A DNA stretch of 64,000 nucleotides from Camelus dromedarius (lineage: Eukaryota). The stretch covers positions 99,326,001 through 99,390,000 of the forward strand of contig NC_087472.1 in NCBI RefSeq assembly GCF_036321535.1. Reading direction: 5' to 3'. The position numbers were made by a program, and so were the translations under genes. The notes under the pieces were generated by a model. It saw only the letters and a program-made list of their open reading frames with translations, was not told the DNA's origin and searched no databases. Of this stretch, positions 37,770 to 50,842 are shown piece by piece (positions within the stretch are counted from its first letter, which is position 1; each line of letters begins with the position of its first letter).

Positions 37770-38660
37770 TTGTAAGAGATAACTCCTTTGACCTAGCGAG
37801 TCCACATCTGGGAATTTAACTTTAGGAAATAACAAACGATTAATATATGAAGAGCTCCCAAAAGTACTGAACACAATTATAAAGAACATACTTTTTTACT
37901 TGTCAAGTGATTTTCATAGAAGATGTTTCAGAGAAAGAAATATAAATAACCAATTACGGCAAGAAGGAAGTACAATGGTAAGATTTCATTTTCATCCATC
38001 AGTCAGCCTGGAAGAATTAAAAACAGTAGTAACAGCCAGTGTTGTCTAGGGTGTGGAGAAATATGTCGGAGAAGTATAATTTGGTACACCACATTTTGAG
38101 AGTCAACTATCTGTATCTGTTGAAATTGCAAATGCTCATACTCTCTGACCCAGCTATTATACCTCCAGGCATCTAACTTCAAAATATCTGCACATGTACC
38201 AAAAGGTATATATACAGGAATACTTAATTAAATTGCCACTGAAAAATAATTACAAACAACTAAAGGTCCATTACCAAGGGAGTCATTGCATAAATTACAC
38301 ATGTGACAATTCAATGGAGTAATATATAGCAGTTTAAAAGCAAGCAGTGGGTAGATATATGAATGTGGAACAATCATCATGACATACTGTTAGATGGAAA
38401 AAGTAACTTACAGAATGATACACACTGTAGGATCTTATGTAAGGGGGAAAAACTGTATGTACATATCCTTAAATATATGTGTCTAGAGAGAGTATAAAGG
38501 GAGCCACAAAAAACTGTAGTTGTGACTTGAGGGAAGGTGAGTAGATGGAGAGTCTAAGTGAAGAGGCATTTTTATATTTTACTATATATTCTACAGTATT
38601 GTCCTAATTTTGCAAGTGAAAATGTATTTATGTATCGCTTAAGTTATTTTTATAAAGCAA
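37770..38660 (+). mobile_element. old L1ME-type fragments
   Basis: catactctctgacccagctattatacctccaggcatcta; taaattacacatgtgacaattcaatggagtaatatatagcagtttaaaag. Confidence 0.65.
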
Positions 38661-38945
38661 CGAAAAATACATGATGAAAGATCTTTTAAGCCTTTATCTA
38701 GAAAAGTTTTGCTATTAAAAGGCAGAAAAGCAAAATGGAAGTTTTGAAAAATAAAAAGACTGAGTGACTCTGTAGCTAAAGGTTCAAAGACCACTTGCTG
38801 ACTCTCTACCCCAAAGTTAAAAATTGGCCACCGGGAGGAAGAGGCGAGGAATCACAGGGAATTCTGTTCACCGCTTGGGCTTGACTTAATCTGATAAGAA
38901 GCTGGGTAGAACATGAGTAAACAATTTTCTTTCCTCTTTCCTCTC

Positions 38946-39394
38946 TGTGGTAGATTAAAGAGGGCCAGAAATTCTTTGCCATGCCTCCCATCGAGAGATG
39001 AAGTCCGCTTTCCTTCCCCTTGAATCTAGGCCTGCCCTGTGACTTGCTTTGACCAGTAGAACATGGCGGAGGTGACAATGTGCTTGTTCTAGGCCAAGCC
39101 TTGAAGAGGCCTGGCAGCTTGCACTATCTAGGGGGAAGCCGGCTAGCAGTTAAGAAGTCTGACTATTCTGAGACCACTACGGGATGGCCGAGCTAGCCGT
39201 GTGGAGAAGTCACATGGCAAAAAACTGAGAGCCCAGACAGAGGATCCCATTGGAGCCATCTCCACCCATTCCCAGTCATCCAAGTCATCTAGCCAAGGAC
39301 CCAGACACACAAAATCATGAGCAAGTAAAATAGCTATTACTTTAAACCACTAAGTTCTGGGGGGAGTTTGTTACTCAGCAATCGGTAACCAAAA
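38946..39394 (+). mobile_element. MLT1G/H-like MaLR LTR
   Basis: tgtggtagattaaagagggccagaaattctttgcc...cccttgaatctaggcctgccctgtgacttgctttgaccagtagaa...tttaaaccactaagttctgggg. Confidence 0.8.
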
Positions 39395-40307
39395 CTCTCT
39401 GAGCTGTTCTTTTTTACCCCTTGTCTCAACTTTAAGAAGACGTCACAGGAATTTATAGTCTGACATAGTTGGCATTTATTACAAATCCTGTAGCCACAAT
39501 ACTAGCCATGTAAACTAACGTTCTGACCAAAAAGATGCACTGTGCCAAACACTCAGAAAGCTATCTTCCTAAAAACGTCCAACTAAATATTGTCAGAGAG
39601 CCAATAAGGCATGGGTGTTTTCGAGCTGGAAATAATCAGGTCATTATTGAATTTGGAAAACCAAATTGCCAGCCCCTGACATTGCAAAAGGATTGCTCTT
39701 CTCTGGAACCCGCTCTGCACAAGTTCAGCCAGAGGCTGGACCCTCCAAGGGATATACCCTGGCTCGTCTGCCTGGTCCTAGGGCTGGCCCTGACCAGCAT
39801 AGATGGGGAGCGTCTGGGAATCATTGAGAGTCTGAGGGAAGCAGCAAGTGAGGAAGGTCACAGATGTGGGTGGGAGCGAAGCCACAGATGTGGCTTTCAG
39901 AGATCATCTGGGTGGGCCCTGAGACTGAGCCTCCGACAGGATTGAGACCCAAGAAGATCTGGTCACTTGAGTTCTCGAAGCAGGATGTCAGCAGTCCCTG
40001 TCAAACTTGGCCGGAAGCTTCTCCAAATGCATTTTTTTCTGGCACACTGAGACCGGAAGTTGCTTGGTTTCCCTAAACCTTGAAGTCGGTCTGTCCTTCA
40101 GAATCATGGCTTCTGACATGCACAGCTCCAGTGCTCACCACAGTCCAGGAACTAGAAAACACTCTGTCTATCTGGATGAATACGCACAGATGTTTCTGAC
40201 TTCACTCTCACATGAAAAGAAGTCACTGACTTGCTCTTTCTCATTCTGGAATACTCTGATTTAGTTTACTGGGACTTTTTCTGGCCAATACACAGTTGAA
40301 GTTTTCT

Positions 40308-40801
40308 TTTTCTGATGGTTTTTAAAATTTTTTTATTGAATGAAAGACTTTAAATTCTATAATGCTTTACAGTTTCACACATATGATTTCATATAATCCC
40401 ATAATAACCATTTTTTATCCCCTCCCTCCTTCCTTCTCTGCACTGGTCACCACTAGTTTGTACTCTATACCTCTATGAGTCTGCTGCTTTTTTGTTTTCT
40501 TTACTAGTTTGTTGTATTTTTTAGATTGCACATATGAGTGATATCATACAGTATTTGTCTTTCTCTGTCTGATTTATTTCATTTAGCATAAAACCCTCCA
40601 GGTCCATTCATGTTGCTGCAAATGGCAAAGTTTCATTTTTTATGACTGAGTAGTATTCCACTGTGTGTATATGTGTGTGTGTATATATATATACACATAC
40701 ATACATCACATCTTCTTTATCCAGTCATCTGTTGATGGACACTTAGGTTGCTTCCATGCCTTAGCAATTGTAAATAATGCTGCTATAAACATTGGGGTGC
40801 T
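40308..40801 (-). mobile_element. younger 5'-truncated L1 3' end
   Basis: ttttagattgcacatatgagtgatatcatacagtatttgtctttctctgtctg...gctgctataaacattggggtgc; 16-bp TSD acagttgaagttttct at 40292-40307 and 40802-40817. Confidence 0.9.
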
Positions 40802-40884
40802 ACAGTTGAAGTTTTCTGAAACCTCCCAAAAATGATCATTTTCCGTTGTTCGGAATAAATAGATGTGACCACTGTCTAGTCTAG

Positions 40885-41050
40885 CTCTGGAGCCTTGCTG
40901 CTCTGGGAACCAGCAGCATCAGCATCACCTGGGAGCTTGTTAGACCTGAAGAATCTCAGGCTCCACACCACATCTACTGCATCAGAATCTGCTTTTTAAC
41001 AAGATCCTCAAGGGATCTGTGTGCATACTAACGTTTGTGAAGTGCTGGTC
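40885..41050 (+). mobile_element. MER5A-like
   Basis: accagcagcatcagcatcacctgggagcttgttaga...gaatctcaggctcc...atcagaatctgctttttaacaagatcc. Confidence 0.8.
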
Positions 41051-41257
41051 TGGGGGAACCACATCCTTTGGCTGCTGCTCCAGGAACATCCAGCTCCTCC
41101 TCCACCCCCACCTCCAAAATTTCTTGCAGGCAGAATCAGTTTTCAAGACACATGAAAAGTGGCTTTGAAAAAGAAAAGCAGGCCAAATAGGCCAACACGC
41201 TGCCTCATATAGCAGGAACTCGATTAAGTAGGGGTAGGACTTTGCCTTGATGGGTTC

Positions 41258-41702
41258 TGTCACGGGTTGAACTGTGTCCCCCCAAAAGATGTTGAATTCC
41301 TAACTCCCGGGACCTCAGAATGTGACCTTATGTGGAAATAGAGTCACTGCAGGTGTCATCAGTTAAGACGAGGTCATACTGGAGTAGGGTGGACCCTTGA
41401 CTGGTGTCCTTATAACAAGAGAAGAAGGCACACACAGGGAGAACATGGCCACGTGACTATGGAGGCAGAGATTGGAGTGATGCATCAACGCACCAAGCAG
41501 TGCTAAGGATTGCTGGCAAACCACCAGAAGCTAGAAGAGGCAAGGAAGGATCATCCCCTACAGGCTTCACAGGGAGCATGGCCCTGCCAACACCTTAATT
41601 TTTGGATTTCTAGCCTCCCAAACCATGAAGCAATCACTTTCTGTTCTTTTAAGCTATCCCGTTTGTAGCACTTCATTATGGCAGCCCTAGAAAATTAATT
41701 TA
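41258..41702 (+). mobile_element. MLT1C-like MaLR LTR
   Basis: tgtcacgggttgaactgtgtcccccc...cagaatgtgaccttatgtggaaatagag...gaggtcatactggagtagggtgg...ggcagccctagaaaattaat. Confidence 0.88.
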
Positions 41703-42509
41703 GGTGGGGGAGGGTCTTGATGGGGCTAACACGCTTTCTGGAAGAGTCCCAGGGGTACGGTGTCTCCTGCAAGGGATCCCTCCCTGATGATCCGTGGCTG
41801 AAGGTTCTTGAAGCACAATGGCCATCTCTGGCGATATCACCGAAACAACTTCTCTAGCAATAAGAAAGGAACAGAAGTGTCTAAAAGTGCCTGGTGCAGC
41901 GTGCCCTGCCCTGTTTGGAGCACTGTCAAAATAAGAGGAAAGTGAAAGACAGCACAGATTCCCTTCAGAACCTAACTTCTTGTCAGGAGTTCAGCAATCC
42001 AGCTGGCTGGAATGAGGAGGACCGCACAGAAAACAATCCTCATCTGATCTCTTACTTCTCTCCCTCTTGCTGCTGTGAGAACTCCTGTCTGCTTTTGGCT
42101 TGTCCCGTTTAGTGCCACATGGAAGCTTCTGTTGTTCTTCAGCAACATCACCAATGCATTGCAACCCTGAAGCTCAGGCTGAGAGGGGAAATCCTCCCCA
42201 CCGCCCTTTCTCAAGATACCAAATGTATGTTATTTATTTTCTCTTATCCCTCCCTGTGGTTTACCAAGCATTTTGAAAGATCTTAGAGCCAAAAAGAACC
42301 TCAGTAAACATCTGGTCCAACTGTCTTACACATGATGAAATCGAGGTCCAGAAAGGTCAAATGTTGGGCAGCAAAGCTAACATTGGGGGAAAAAAAAAAA
42401 CTCAGGCTGTCCAACTCCCAGGCTCTGCTAGTCATGGCCACAGTAAATAGACTGCCTCTTGACCATTTTTCATTTGAGGCAAGGTTTAGGAGACCACAAC
42501 AACAACTTG

Positions 42510-42680
42510 AGCACAGCCTTTGAAGTTGAACAGATCTCAGCTAAATTCTGAATCTTCCACCTACGTGTTGACCCTGAGCAATTTAACCTCTTGGTTTCCT
42601 CATCTTACACAGCGGGGATAATGCCACCTACCTCAAAGATGGCTGTGACGAATGAAAAGATAACATATGGGAAGTTCTAT
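42510..42680 (+). mobile_element. MIR
   Basis: gaccctgagcaatttaacctcttggtttcctcatct...gggataatgccacctacctcaaag. Confidence 0.6.
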
Positions 42681-42699
42681 GTCACTTGGGGTGATTTCA

Positions 42700-43135
42700 G
42701 CTCACAATGTCTTCAGTTTCACTCCTCTACACACACTCTCCGCCCACCTGCACCCCTTAGCATCTTTCTGCTCCAACGTCCTAGGCGTTGGCTTCAGCCT
42801 CAGGCAAGCAGCGAGATGGCTGTGATAGTTCCAGGCATCTCTTCTGGGCACAGCAACTCCAAGGAAGAGGAGAGACTATCTCTTTTGTGGCTGTCTCTTA
42901 GGAGTGAGGAAACATTTTCCAGAAGACTCCCGGTAGGCTTTCCTGTGTCTCACCGGCCAGATCAGGTCGCATGTCCGTTTAAGGGGAATGGGAATCATCT
43001 TCAACCAGCCAGGCCATCCCTGAAGATGTGGATGGGATTAACTTCCCCTGGGACACGTGGCTGAAAAAACGTAGGGTTCCATTTGAAAAGAAGGCAAGAT
43101 GGATGCTGGGTAGATGAGAAACAGTGACAATTACA
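42700..43135 (-). mobile_element. old MaLR LTR (MLT1K/L-like)
   Basis: agatggctgtgatagttccaggcatc...taggagtgaggaaacattttccagaag...gatggatgctgggtagatg. Confidence 0.55.
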
Positions 43136-43210
43136 ATAGATGTTTTCTATTAACTTCTGTCATTGTGAATAAAGAAGACACTTCTGAAGTAGCTTAGAAC
43201 CCTTCTGATA

Positions 43211-43592
43211 CTTTTTAAAATTTTTTAAAATTTATTGAAGTATAGTTGATTTGCAGTGTTTCAGGTGTACAGCAAAGTGATTCAGCTGTACATATCTATC
43301 TGTCTGTTCTTTTTCATATTCTTTCCCATTGTAGGTTATTACAAGATATTGAATGTAGTTCCCTGTGCTATACACTAGGTCCTTGTTGTTTACTTATTTT
43401 ATATATACTAGTGTGTATCTGTTAACCCCAAATGCCTAATTTATCCCTCCCCCCTTTCCCCTTTGGTAACCATTTTGTTTTCTATGTCAGCGACTCTATT
43501 TCTGTTTTGTACATAAGTTCATTTGTGTCACTTTTTAAAAAATTCCACCTGTAAGTGGTCTTACATGTTTGTCTTTCTCTGTCTGACTTACT
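43211..43592 (-). mobile_element. younger L1 3' end (cetartiodactyl type)
   Basis: tttattgaagtatagttgatttgcagtgtttcaggtgtacagcaaagtgattcag...gttccctgtgctatacactaggtccttgttg; TSD ttctgata at 43203-43210 and 43593-43600. Confidence 0.9.
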
Positions 43593-45380
43593 TTCTGATA
43601 AGGCTTTAATGGTAGTTATTAATGAATGCCCCTCCCTCCCTCCATGCCATTTCACCCAAAGGGCATTTCCTGACAGTCCTGCTAAGGAATCCCCTTACCC
43701 CCCTGGGAAATATGTTAACTCTTAGCTCTTCAACCCCAGTGACTCACCAGATATGTGGGCTGCCCCTCACAGTTGTGTTCGAAATGAATATCTAAAGATA
43801 AAACCATCCGTAGGCTAGTGCTTTCAAGTTTACCGAGCTCTCTGGCCCGTATTATCTCATGCGAGCCTCTGCATCTAAGAAACATGAGGGGCAGGGAGAG
43901 GTGAAGCGACTTGCCCAAAGTCCTAGACTAATAGGGGCAGTGCTGTCTAGAAGGAGACCACAGATGCAACGTGCTTTCTGCTCTTCTGCACTGCCACAAA
44001 GAATTTCACGTCAAAATGTGGCGTATGTGGCTGTTGTGAGCAGAAAAAGATCATTGGTGCCAACAGAACTGTGGGGTTCTACGGTCCGAACCCCAGTATA
44101 CTCATTCTTTCCAGATCCATCCATTTTCTAATCCAAAGTCTTCCTCAAAGCACAAATAAAACCTTCCTTAGTTCAAAGGAGAGCTTCTCATTTATTTGTC
44201 AAACATTTATATAGCACTCGCTGTGTGCCAGACGTTATGCAACGTGTTTCACAAATATTAATTCATTTAATCCCACTTGGTTCTATCTGCTTACTGAAGT
44301 CCAACATCCTTAGGTCATACATGTTTCACAGAGCCTTGGATAATGTATTCCACTGGAAATCCACCGAAGGATGAAACCCCAAAGTGGTCCAGAATCCAGG
44401 AATAGATCAAACTCTAGGGCAAAACTGTTTCCAGAGTTAGCCATCCTTTGTCCTCCCTCCTTTTTTATTAGAAACAACCTATGCCCAAATTACTCAGTCA
44501 GGGCAAACACATGTAAACAAATCATGCTGAAGTCTGCAATTGCTTGAGGAAAATTCTGGATTGTCCTAAACTTATTATAGAACATAATCCTTTCATAACC
44601 CTTTTTTTCTATTTTGGCAGATTATAATCTTCCTTAAAAGGCGAGGGAGCTTTCTGGTTCAAGTTTAGGAGAGCCAAAGGGCATTGGTTGGTGCCGCTTT
44701 TGTGTCAACACATTCTTAATCTTCCTGTTGGCATTTTAAAATAACAGATCACCCATGGAAATTATAAACTGTACCGTGTAAAAGTCTCTGTGAAGTGCTG
44801 CCATTTGCAAGAAGAAGGGCTTTCTGACAGCCCAAGAAGTCACAATATGTCTCCCTGCTTTTCATGTGACAGTAATTAGTATCTAAGCTCTGAAGTGTTT
44901 ACTCCCGCAGCCGAGAAGACGACATTTATAACAGGTTCCAGCCGCGAACCATTACTGTTTGCAATATATAATCCCCATTTTCACTGTGGAAGGATAAAGC
45001 CTTTAAAGTACAAAAAAAAAACAAGAGAACCTAAGATATTGTCTTCCATTTCTCTGCAGTTTGGGAGAACCCTTTTAAGGAGGTTATAGTCAACATCTTC
45101 ATGTTCTTGCAAAAACAAGTCACAGTTTTACGGACTTGATTAACAGAGTACCAGGGATGCCAGCGGATTTTTTCTCTTATACGTTTTTCTCTTTTTCTTT
45201 TTTATATTAGAATTTGCCACAGATAAAATACACTAATAAAAATTGCTGCTCCTCACACCTTGGGGAACTAGAGAAAATTCTGCTGGATTCTAAGAAATTT
45301 GTTTATTTGAACGCATGGTTTACTTTGCTAGAAATAAACTGCCTTTGATTAAATAGGTGTTACAAACAGACACTCCTCTA

Positions 45381-45595
45381 GGAGTTTGGGATTAGCAGAT
45401 ACACACTACTATATAGAAAATAGATAAACAGGGTCCTACTGTAGAGCACAGGGAACTATATTCGGTACCTTATAGTAACCTATAATGAAAAAGACTATGA
45501 AAAGGAATATATGTATGTATGTGTAAGACTGAAACATTATGCTGTACACCAGAAATTGACACAACATTGTAAACTGACTATACTTCAATTAAAAA
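45381..45595 (+). mobile_element. younger L1 3' end (camelid type)
   Basis: ggagtttgggattagcagatacacactac...gctgtacaccagaaattgacacaacattgtaaactgactatacttcaatt(A)n; TSD 15/17 at 45364-45380 and 45596-45612. Confidence 0.9.
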
Positions 45596-45663
45596 AAATA
45601 GGCACTCCTCTATAAAATGCCAAATGAAGAAAATTAAGATTTCTTCCTTCAAACTCTCTTTAC

Positions 45664-45845
45664 CAGTGCTTCTCAGACTTCAGCACGCCTAAGACTTTAG
45701 TAGCTTGTCAAGACGCAGATCCCTCCCCACCTCCAGAGACTCTGACTCAGCAGGTCTGTGGTGGAGCCCAAGATGTGGTAGCTCTCACAAGCCCCCAGTT
45801 AACGCTGATGCTGCTGGTCTGGGAGCCACCCTTTGAATAGCACTC
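45664..45845 (-). mobile_element. MER5A-like
   Basis: cagtgcttctcagactt...ccagagactctgactcagcaggtctg...gctgatgctgctggtctgggagccaccctttgaatagcact. Confidence 0.8.
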
Positions 45846-46394
45846 GTATTACACCAGTAACCTATTCAGTGAAGGCTGAAATTCCACCTTTGGAGAGTTA
45901 TTTCCTGGGGTAAAGAAATGTGCAAATAAAATACACTAACCCGTGTTATCAGCTAAACCTGTATTATGTATTGGGTTTCAGCTCAGTCCAGCCAACTCCA
46001 CTGCCTTGCGCTGTGCCACTTATGTCAGTTTACATTTCAGAAGATTCCGATCTTTACATGTACATACATAACAAAGCAAATTATAATGAGACTGTGAGAT
46101 GACAAATGCCAGAAATGAAGTACGGAGTCTTATGAGATTATAGTTTTCAGGGAGTATCAAGATGGAGATGACTAGTATATGTGAGTATTTATAACATAAA
46201 GTATATATGACCTTCTCCATTTTATAGATGAAGAAATAAAGGCTGAGAGAGCTAAAATAATTAGCTAAAGTTACATTTAAAACAAATGAGTACGATTTTA
46301 GATAGTGGAGCTAAGATGAAGGGCATCCCCAGATAAAGAGGCAGCAGGAGAAGAGAAAGAAAATTATAAGGTTCTTATTGGAACAAAAATATGA

Positions 46395-46620
46395 ATAGTA
46401 AAAGAGCTGACATTTCTTGACCACTTAACAATGCCAGGCACAGTCCTAAGAACTTAATAAACATGACCTCATGCAACCCTAAAAAGAAATCCCATAAAAT
46501 AAGTATTATGATTACCCCCTTTTACACAGGAGAAAAACTGAGGCACAGAGAGGTTGAGTAACATGTCCAAGGTCACACAGCTAATAGGTGGCTCTGCCAG
46601 AATTTGAACCCAGATCTCTT
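46395..46620 (-). mobile_element. MIR
   Basis: aaaactgaggcacagagaggttgagtaacatgtccaaggtcacacagcta...gaatttgaacccag. Confidence 0.85.
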
Positions 46621-47494
46621 AGAATTTTAGTAGAGAACAAGGGATGGGTTGTATGACTGGAACTTTGGTGCTGGTAATGAGGGGCGGATGACGTTAGGAA
46701 AGGGTCTTGATCGTCTAACTAAGAACATTGGACTTGGTGTGGTAAGCAAAGGGAAGTTAATGAAAGCTTTATTTTAAGAATGGCAATGAAAAGATCAGAG
46801 ACCTGTTTGAGAATGATGTCTGTAGCAACGGTGTCTAGGATGGTTTGGAGGGGGACAGTGCAGAGGGGCAAGTGGATCAGTTCTGGCTGTGGGGATCTAC
46901 CTGCAAGCTGGAGCCAGAAGAGTGTGATAAGCCCCAGGTGAGCGTTGAATCCCAGGAAGGTGAAGAAAGGGCTCCGGATTGGAGGCTCTGCCCAAGAGGG
47001 GCTACGGAGAGGCATCGTGAGCAGCCTTACGAGTTAGGGACCTCACGTGCCCCTTACGGAAGCCTAGAATCCTTACGTTTGCGTGGTACTTTACACTTGG
47101 CCGTCGAGTTTTCATGTCATCTCCTTTAGTCTTTAGGATAAGCCTGCGAAGTAGGTAATATTCACTCCATTTTGTGGATGAAGAAATGAAGGCTTAGAGG
47201 GTGAAAAATAATTGGCCAAAGTTACAAAGCAAGGAAAGCTGGAACCAAAGAAGAAAGTTCAGAGCGAACATTAGGTTTCCCTGAAAGAAAATTTGGCCAC
47301 ATCCCAGGCTGGCTGAGAAAGCGCTCCCTGACGGTGATTCCCCGTGACTTGACAGCAGGTCTTAGAGCCCTGCCAGCGTTAGCCAGAGGAGGCTTCCGGG
47401 ATCGAATAAGATCGGGTGAAACCGGGTTGTCTCCTACAGAACTTCTTAAAGCCTCCAGTGTATGTGCGCTTTTGCACAGCTATGGAAAGGGGGC

Positions 47495-47925
47495 TGGAGA
47501 GCATGGTGATACAGTTGACAATAGAGTTGTGTACTTGAAAGTTGCTAAGAGAGTAAATCTTAAAATTTCTCACCACACACACAAAAAAGGGCAACTGTGT
47601 GAGGTAATGAATATGGATGTGTTAATTAACCTTTCTGTGGTAAATCATTTCACAGTACAGTTGACCCTTGAACAACGTGGGTTTGAACTACACAGGTCCA
47701 CTTACAGGTAGATATTTCGCAATAGTAAACGCTGGAGTACTACATGGTCCACAGTTGGTTGAATTTACAGAAGTGGAACCACGTATGTGAAAGGTCAGCT
47801 ATAAGTTATACGTGGATTAACCCCAGTTGTACAAGAGTCAACTATAGATATGTGTATCAAATCATCACATTGTACACCTTATATTTACACAGTGTTCTAT
47901 GTCAGTTATTTTCAATAAAGCTGGA
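47495..47925 (+). mobile_element. L1MA-type 3' end, split by a Tigger MITE
   Basis: gtacttgaaagttgctaagagagtaaatcttaaaatttctcaccac ... tatcaaatcatcacattgtacacctt...ttcaataaagctgg. Confidence 0.85.
47658..47844 (+). mobile_element. Tigger2a/MER8-like MITE
   Basis: TA-flanked; TIRs cagttgacccttgaacaac ... gttgtacaagagtcaacta; gggtttgaactacacaggtccactta. Confidence 0.85.
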
Positions 47926-48439
47926 GGGGGAAGAATTGATGTAAATGCAAAAAGGGAGGGGAAACTGTAGTGTACATTGTTTACCAAAAAGAAAATATTA
48001 GCCCTTGGAAAGTTTGTTCTTTGCAGAATACGTATTAACTGAAGGGTACGGAGTGTGAAACCCTTACCTATGGAAATTATTCTCAATATGGCCATCATAT
48101 GATTGCTTGCTGGACCTAGAAGTGAATCCATTGGATGTCTTTGGCGCTTCCATGACTCTGTGTGTGAGGCTTGACACTGGAACATTTAATAAAGGCTAGT
48201 CACTCAAAAAAAAAAAAAAAAAAGAAAGAAAAAGAAAAAGTATCCCTCACTATCTGAATTTAATACTCTCACGATCTGACTCAGAAACTAAGTAGATTTG
48301 GGAAAGCAAGGAGTACTTGTATTTGCCTCTCTCAAATGAGATACAATTTCTTTAAATTCCCTGGGCAAGAAATATAAGTTTAAGCCTTCATGGAATTACC
48401 TCAGATTAATAATAACATAACAAGTCATGGCTGCACAAT

Positions 48440-49065
48440 TTCTTGATTGCACCGCGCCTGCCCTTCTCATCTCTTTATTGGAGGGAACTGGAAACCTACG
48501 AACTACATTTCCCAGACTCCCTTGCCTGTTGTCCTCTGGTTGGGTTCTGCCACTGAGAGAGAATGACTGGAGATTAGAAGGGAGAAGAAAGGGAGAAGTC
48601 GTTTTTCTCCTGCTTCTGTTGGGATCTCTGGCACAGCAGATGGCCATCCTTCTGTCTTTCCAGCAGCTTCAGTGATGGGCAATTGCCAGTGGCTGCCAGC
48701 AACTGAGGGCTACAGTGAAAGTAGCGGATCTGACATCAGGGGCAGCTACAGGCTCCAGTGTCCTTTGGTGTTTTTTCAGGAGTGGCTAGGATTCCCAAAG
48801 CATCAGCAGTGTTTGGACAATTTCAGTGGAGAGTCTGCTACTGGGCTCTGCTAACACCACATCTTCCCTTTTGCGCCTCCGATCCTAGCAGTGGTTCTTC
48901 CAGTCTTTGGGGTCGTTTCCTGCAGTTACTACTCTCAGAGTTTCCTCACCTTCCCCTTGTGTTCCTTGTGCCTTGTCAACACTTTGGTAAACCATTTCCT
49001 GTACTAAATTACCTCGGAATGACTAGAATGGACGCTGTCTTCCTAACCGATATCTGACCAATACA
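48440..49065 (+). mobile_element. ERVL-type LTR (LTR33-like)
   Basis: aactacatttcccagactcccttgcc...ggttgggttctgccactgagag...ctggagattagaagg; 3' end gctgtcttcctaaccgatatctgaccaataca. Confidence 0.7.
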
Positions 49066-49459
49066 CCCACACAACTCACTTTTCCCATACTATTGCAGTA
49101 GTTCTCAGACCTTCCTATAGAAGCTCTTCTAAACATAGAGAAGAATAAATATAATTTCTTTTTGCCCCATACCTGGCATCTGATGATTTCGCCCAAAGCA
49201 GTTCCTAAAAGCAGGAAATGTACTTTCCGTCTCTTGTTGCATGTTAAAATGTTTATTTTTATACAAATATGCATCATGAATGACTTGACATCAAGATGCA
49301 TCAAGTGTATTATGGGGTTCTGCTTACCCTGGCACGTCACCACATACATCTTGTTGTGTAAATATCTCAGTTTGAAGAGCAGGAAACCCAGGTGCTTTCT
49401 GAGGCTATCTTATCAATGTCACTAACAGACAACTAACAGAGAGCAAACTCTGGGAGGCA

Positions 49460-49700
49460 GCTTGCCAAAGTAGGAAACATGTGGCTTTGGAGGCAAGACA
49501 AGCTGCATTCCAATCCAAGAGATATTTGCTAGCTGTGTGACTTAGGACTAGTTTCTTAACGTCTCTGAGCCTGGCTTTCCCGGTTTATAAATTGATCCTA
49601 GAAATCTCTACCACACCAGGCTGTTAGGAGAATGTGCTATAATATTGGTGCTTGGGACCGCCTCGATGCTTAATAAATGGTAAATTGCTATTGTCATTAG
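49460..49700 (+). mobile_element. MIR
   Basis: tgctagctgtgtgacttaggactagtttcttaacgtctctgagcct...gcttaataaatggt. Confidence 0.7.
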
Positions 49701-50842
49701 TGGACTAATGGACTAATGGACATTACAGCCTTTCCTGGCTGGTTTCCAAGCTCCTTTTCTCTGTTGTTCTTGGGAACAAAAATGAGGCTAACAGCCCACT
49801 CCCATATTCATCAGCCAAAAAACTTCATAGAAATTGATAGTTGCTTCTCATCAAGAAGAGGACAGGACTTCTTGATCCCGTGACTTTTAGCCAGCCTTAA
49901 CCTCACCTGACAGGTGCCTGCTTGAAGGAGCTCAGTAATGACACCTCTGCTATCTGTGCTGCCTCGCTTGTTGTCCTCTTAAATTCCAGCCTGTCAAGTA
50001 CTGTCTAGAAATCTAGGCACAGCTTCTGTCCGGTAGCTTATAGTATAAATACATGTTTTACATGTTTCTATCATTGTAGGATGTATAAAATCAATGCTGA
50101 AACCACCCTGGCTGCGCCGCATGTAACTCAAGGCAAAACTTCTAATAAAATGGGCAGCCTGGGCTTCAGACTTTGGGGATGGCAGGTACTTGGGGTTGTT
50201 GAGGAGGTTTTCCCTTTGTCCCCAAGTGAAACTTCCACTTATTATTAGAAGCGCTAATAGTCATAACAGGCAACAACATTGTCCAGAAGTGTGTAACTCT
50301 ACGATACTGTATTGTAAGGACATTCGCTTTGGGGTATCCATATTTGTAATGTCCCTAGCTCTTAGCGTTGCCTCCTGTCACTCCTTTTCTCCTGCTATCC
50401 CCAGAGTTGTCACTAAGTGCTAACTGGGCTTATGCAAATAGACCCTGTTTAAAAATTTAGAGGAATAATAATAAACCAGCAGGAAGTGGATATTGGGTTT
50501 TAAAGCTTTGTTTTAAAGGATTATGAAATAGGTGGCTCAATTGATTTGAAAAGAAGACTTAGTACAGCTACCAAATAGCAAGCACTGACTTTGTGGAGCA
50601 ATAGAATGAGTTCTGTTTACTTCAGAACATGATCAGCATTATCTCCATTAGCATTTCTGTAGTCCCACCACACTTCCATTTAACTGATTAATCATTTTAA
50701 TCAGTTTAGAGACTGTACAAAATCCATTTATTCACTCAGAGGACAAATATGTATAGAGCACCTGCTATGTGTCAGGCATTGCAGTAGGCAAAGACTGACC
50801 ATTTCTGCCGTTGTAAAACTTAGAGTCTAGTGGGGCATGTAC

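Noticed and set aside
39535..39945. 136-aa ATG-initiated ORF
   Set aside because: No recognisable homology or supporting promoter/polyA context; a BLASTP or PhyloCSF signal would be needed
42591..43064. 157-aa ORF
   Set aside because: Runs across MIR and MLT1 repeat remnants
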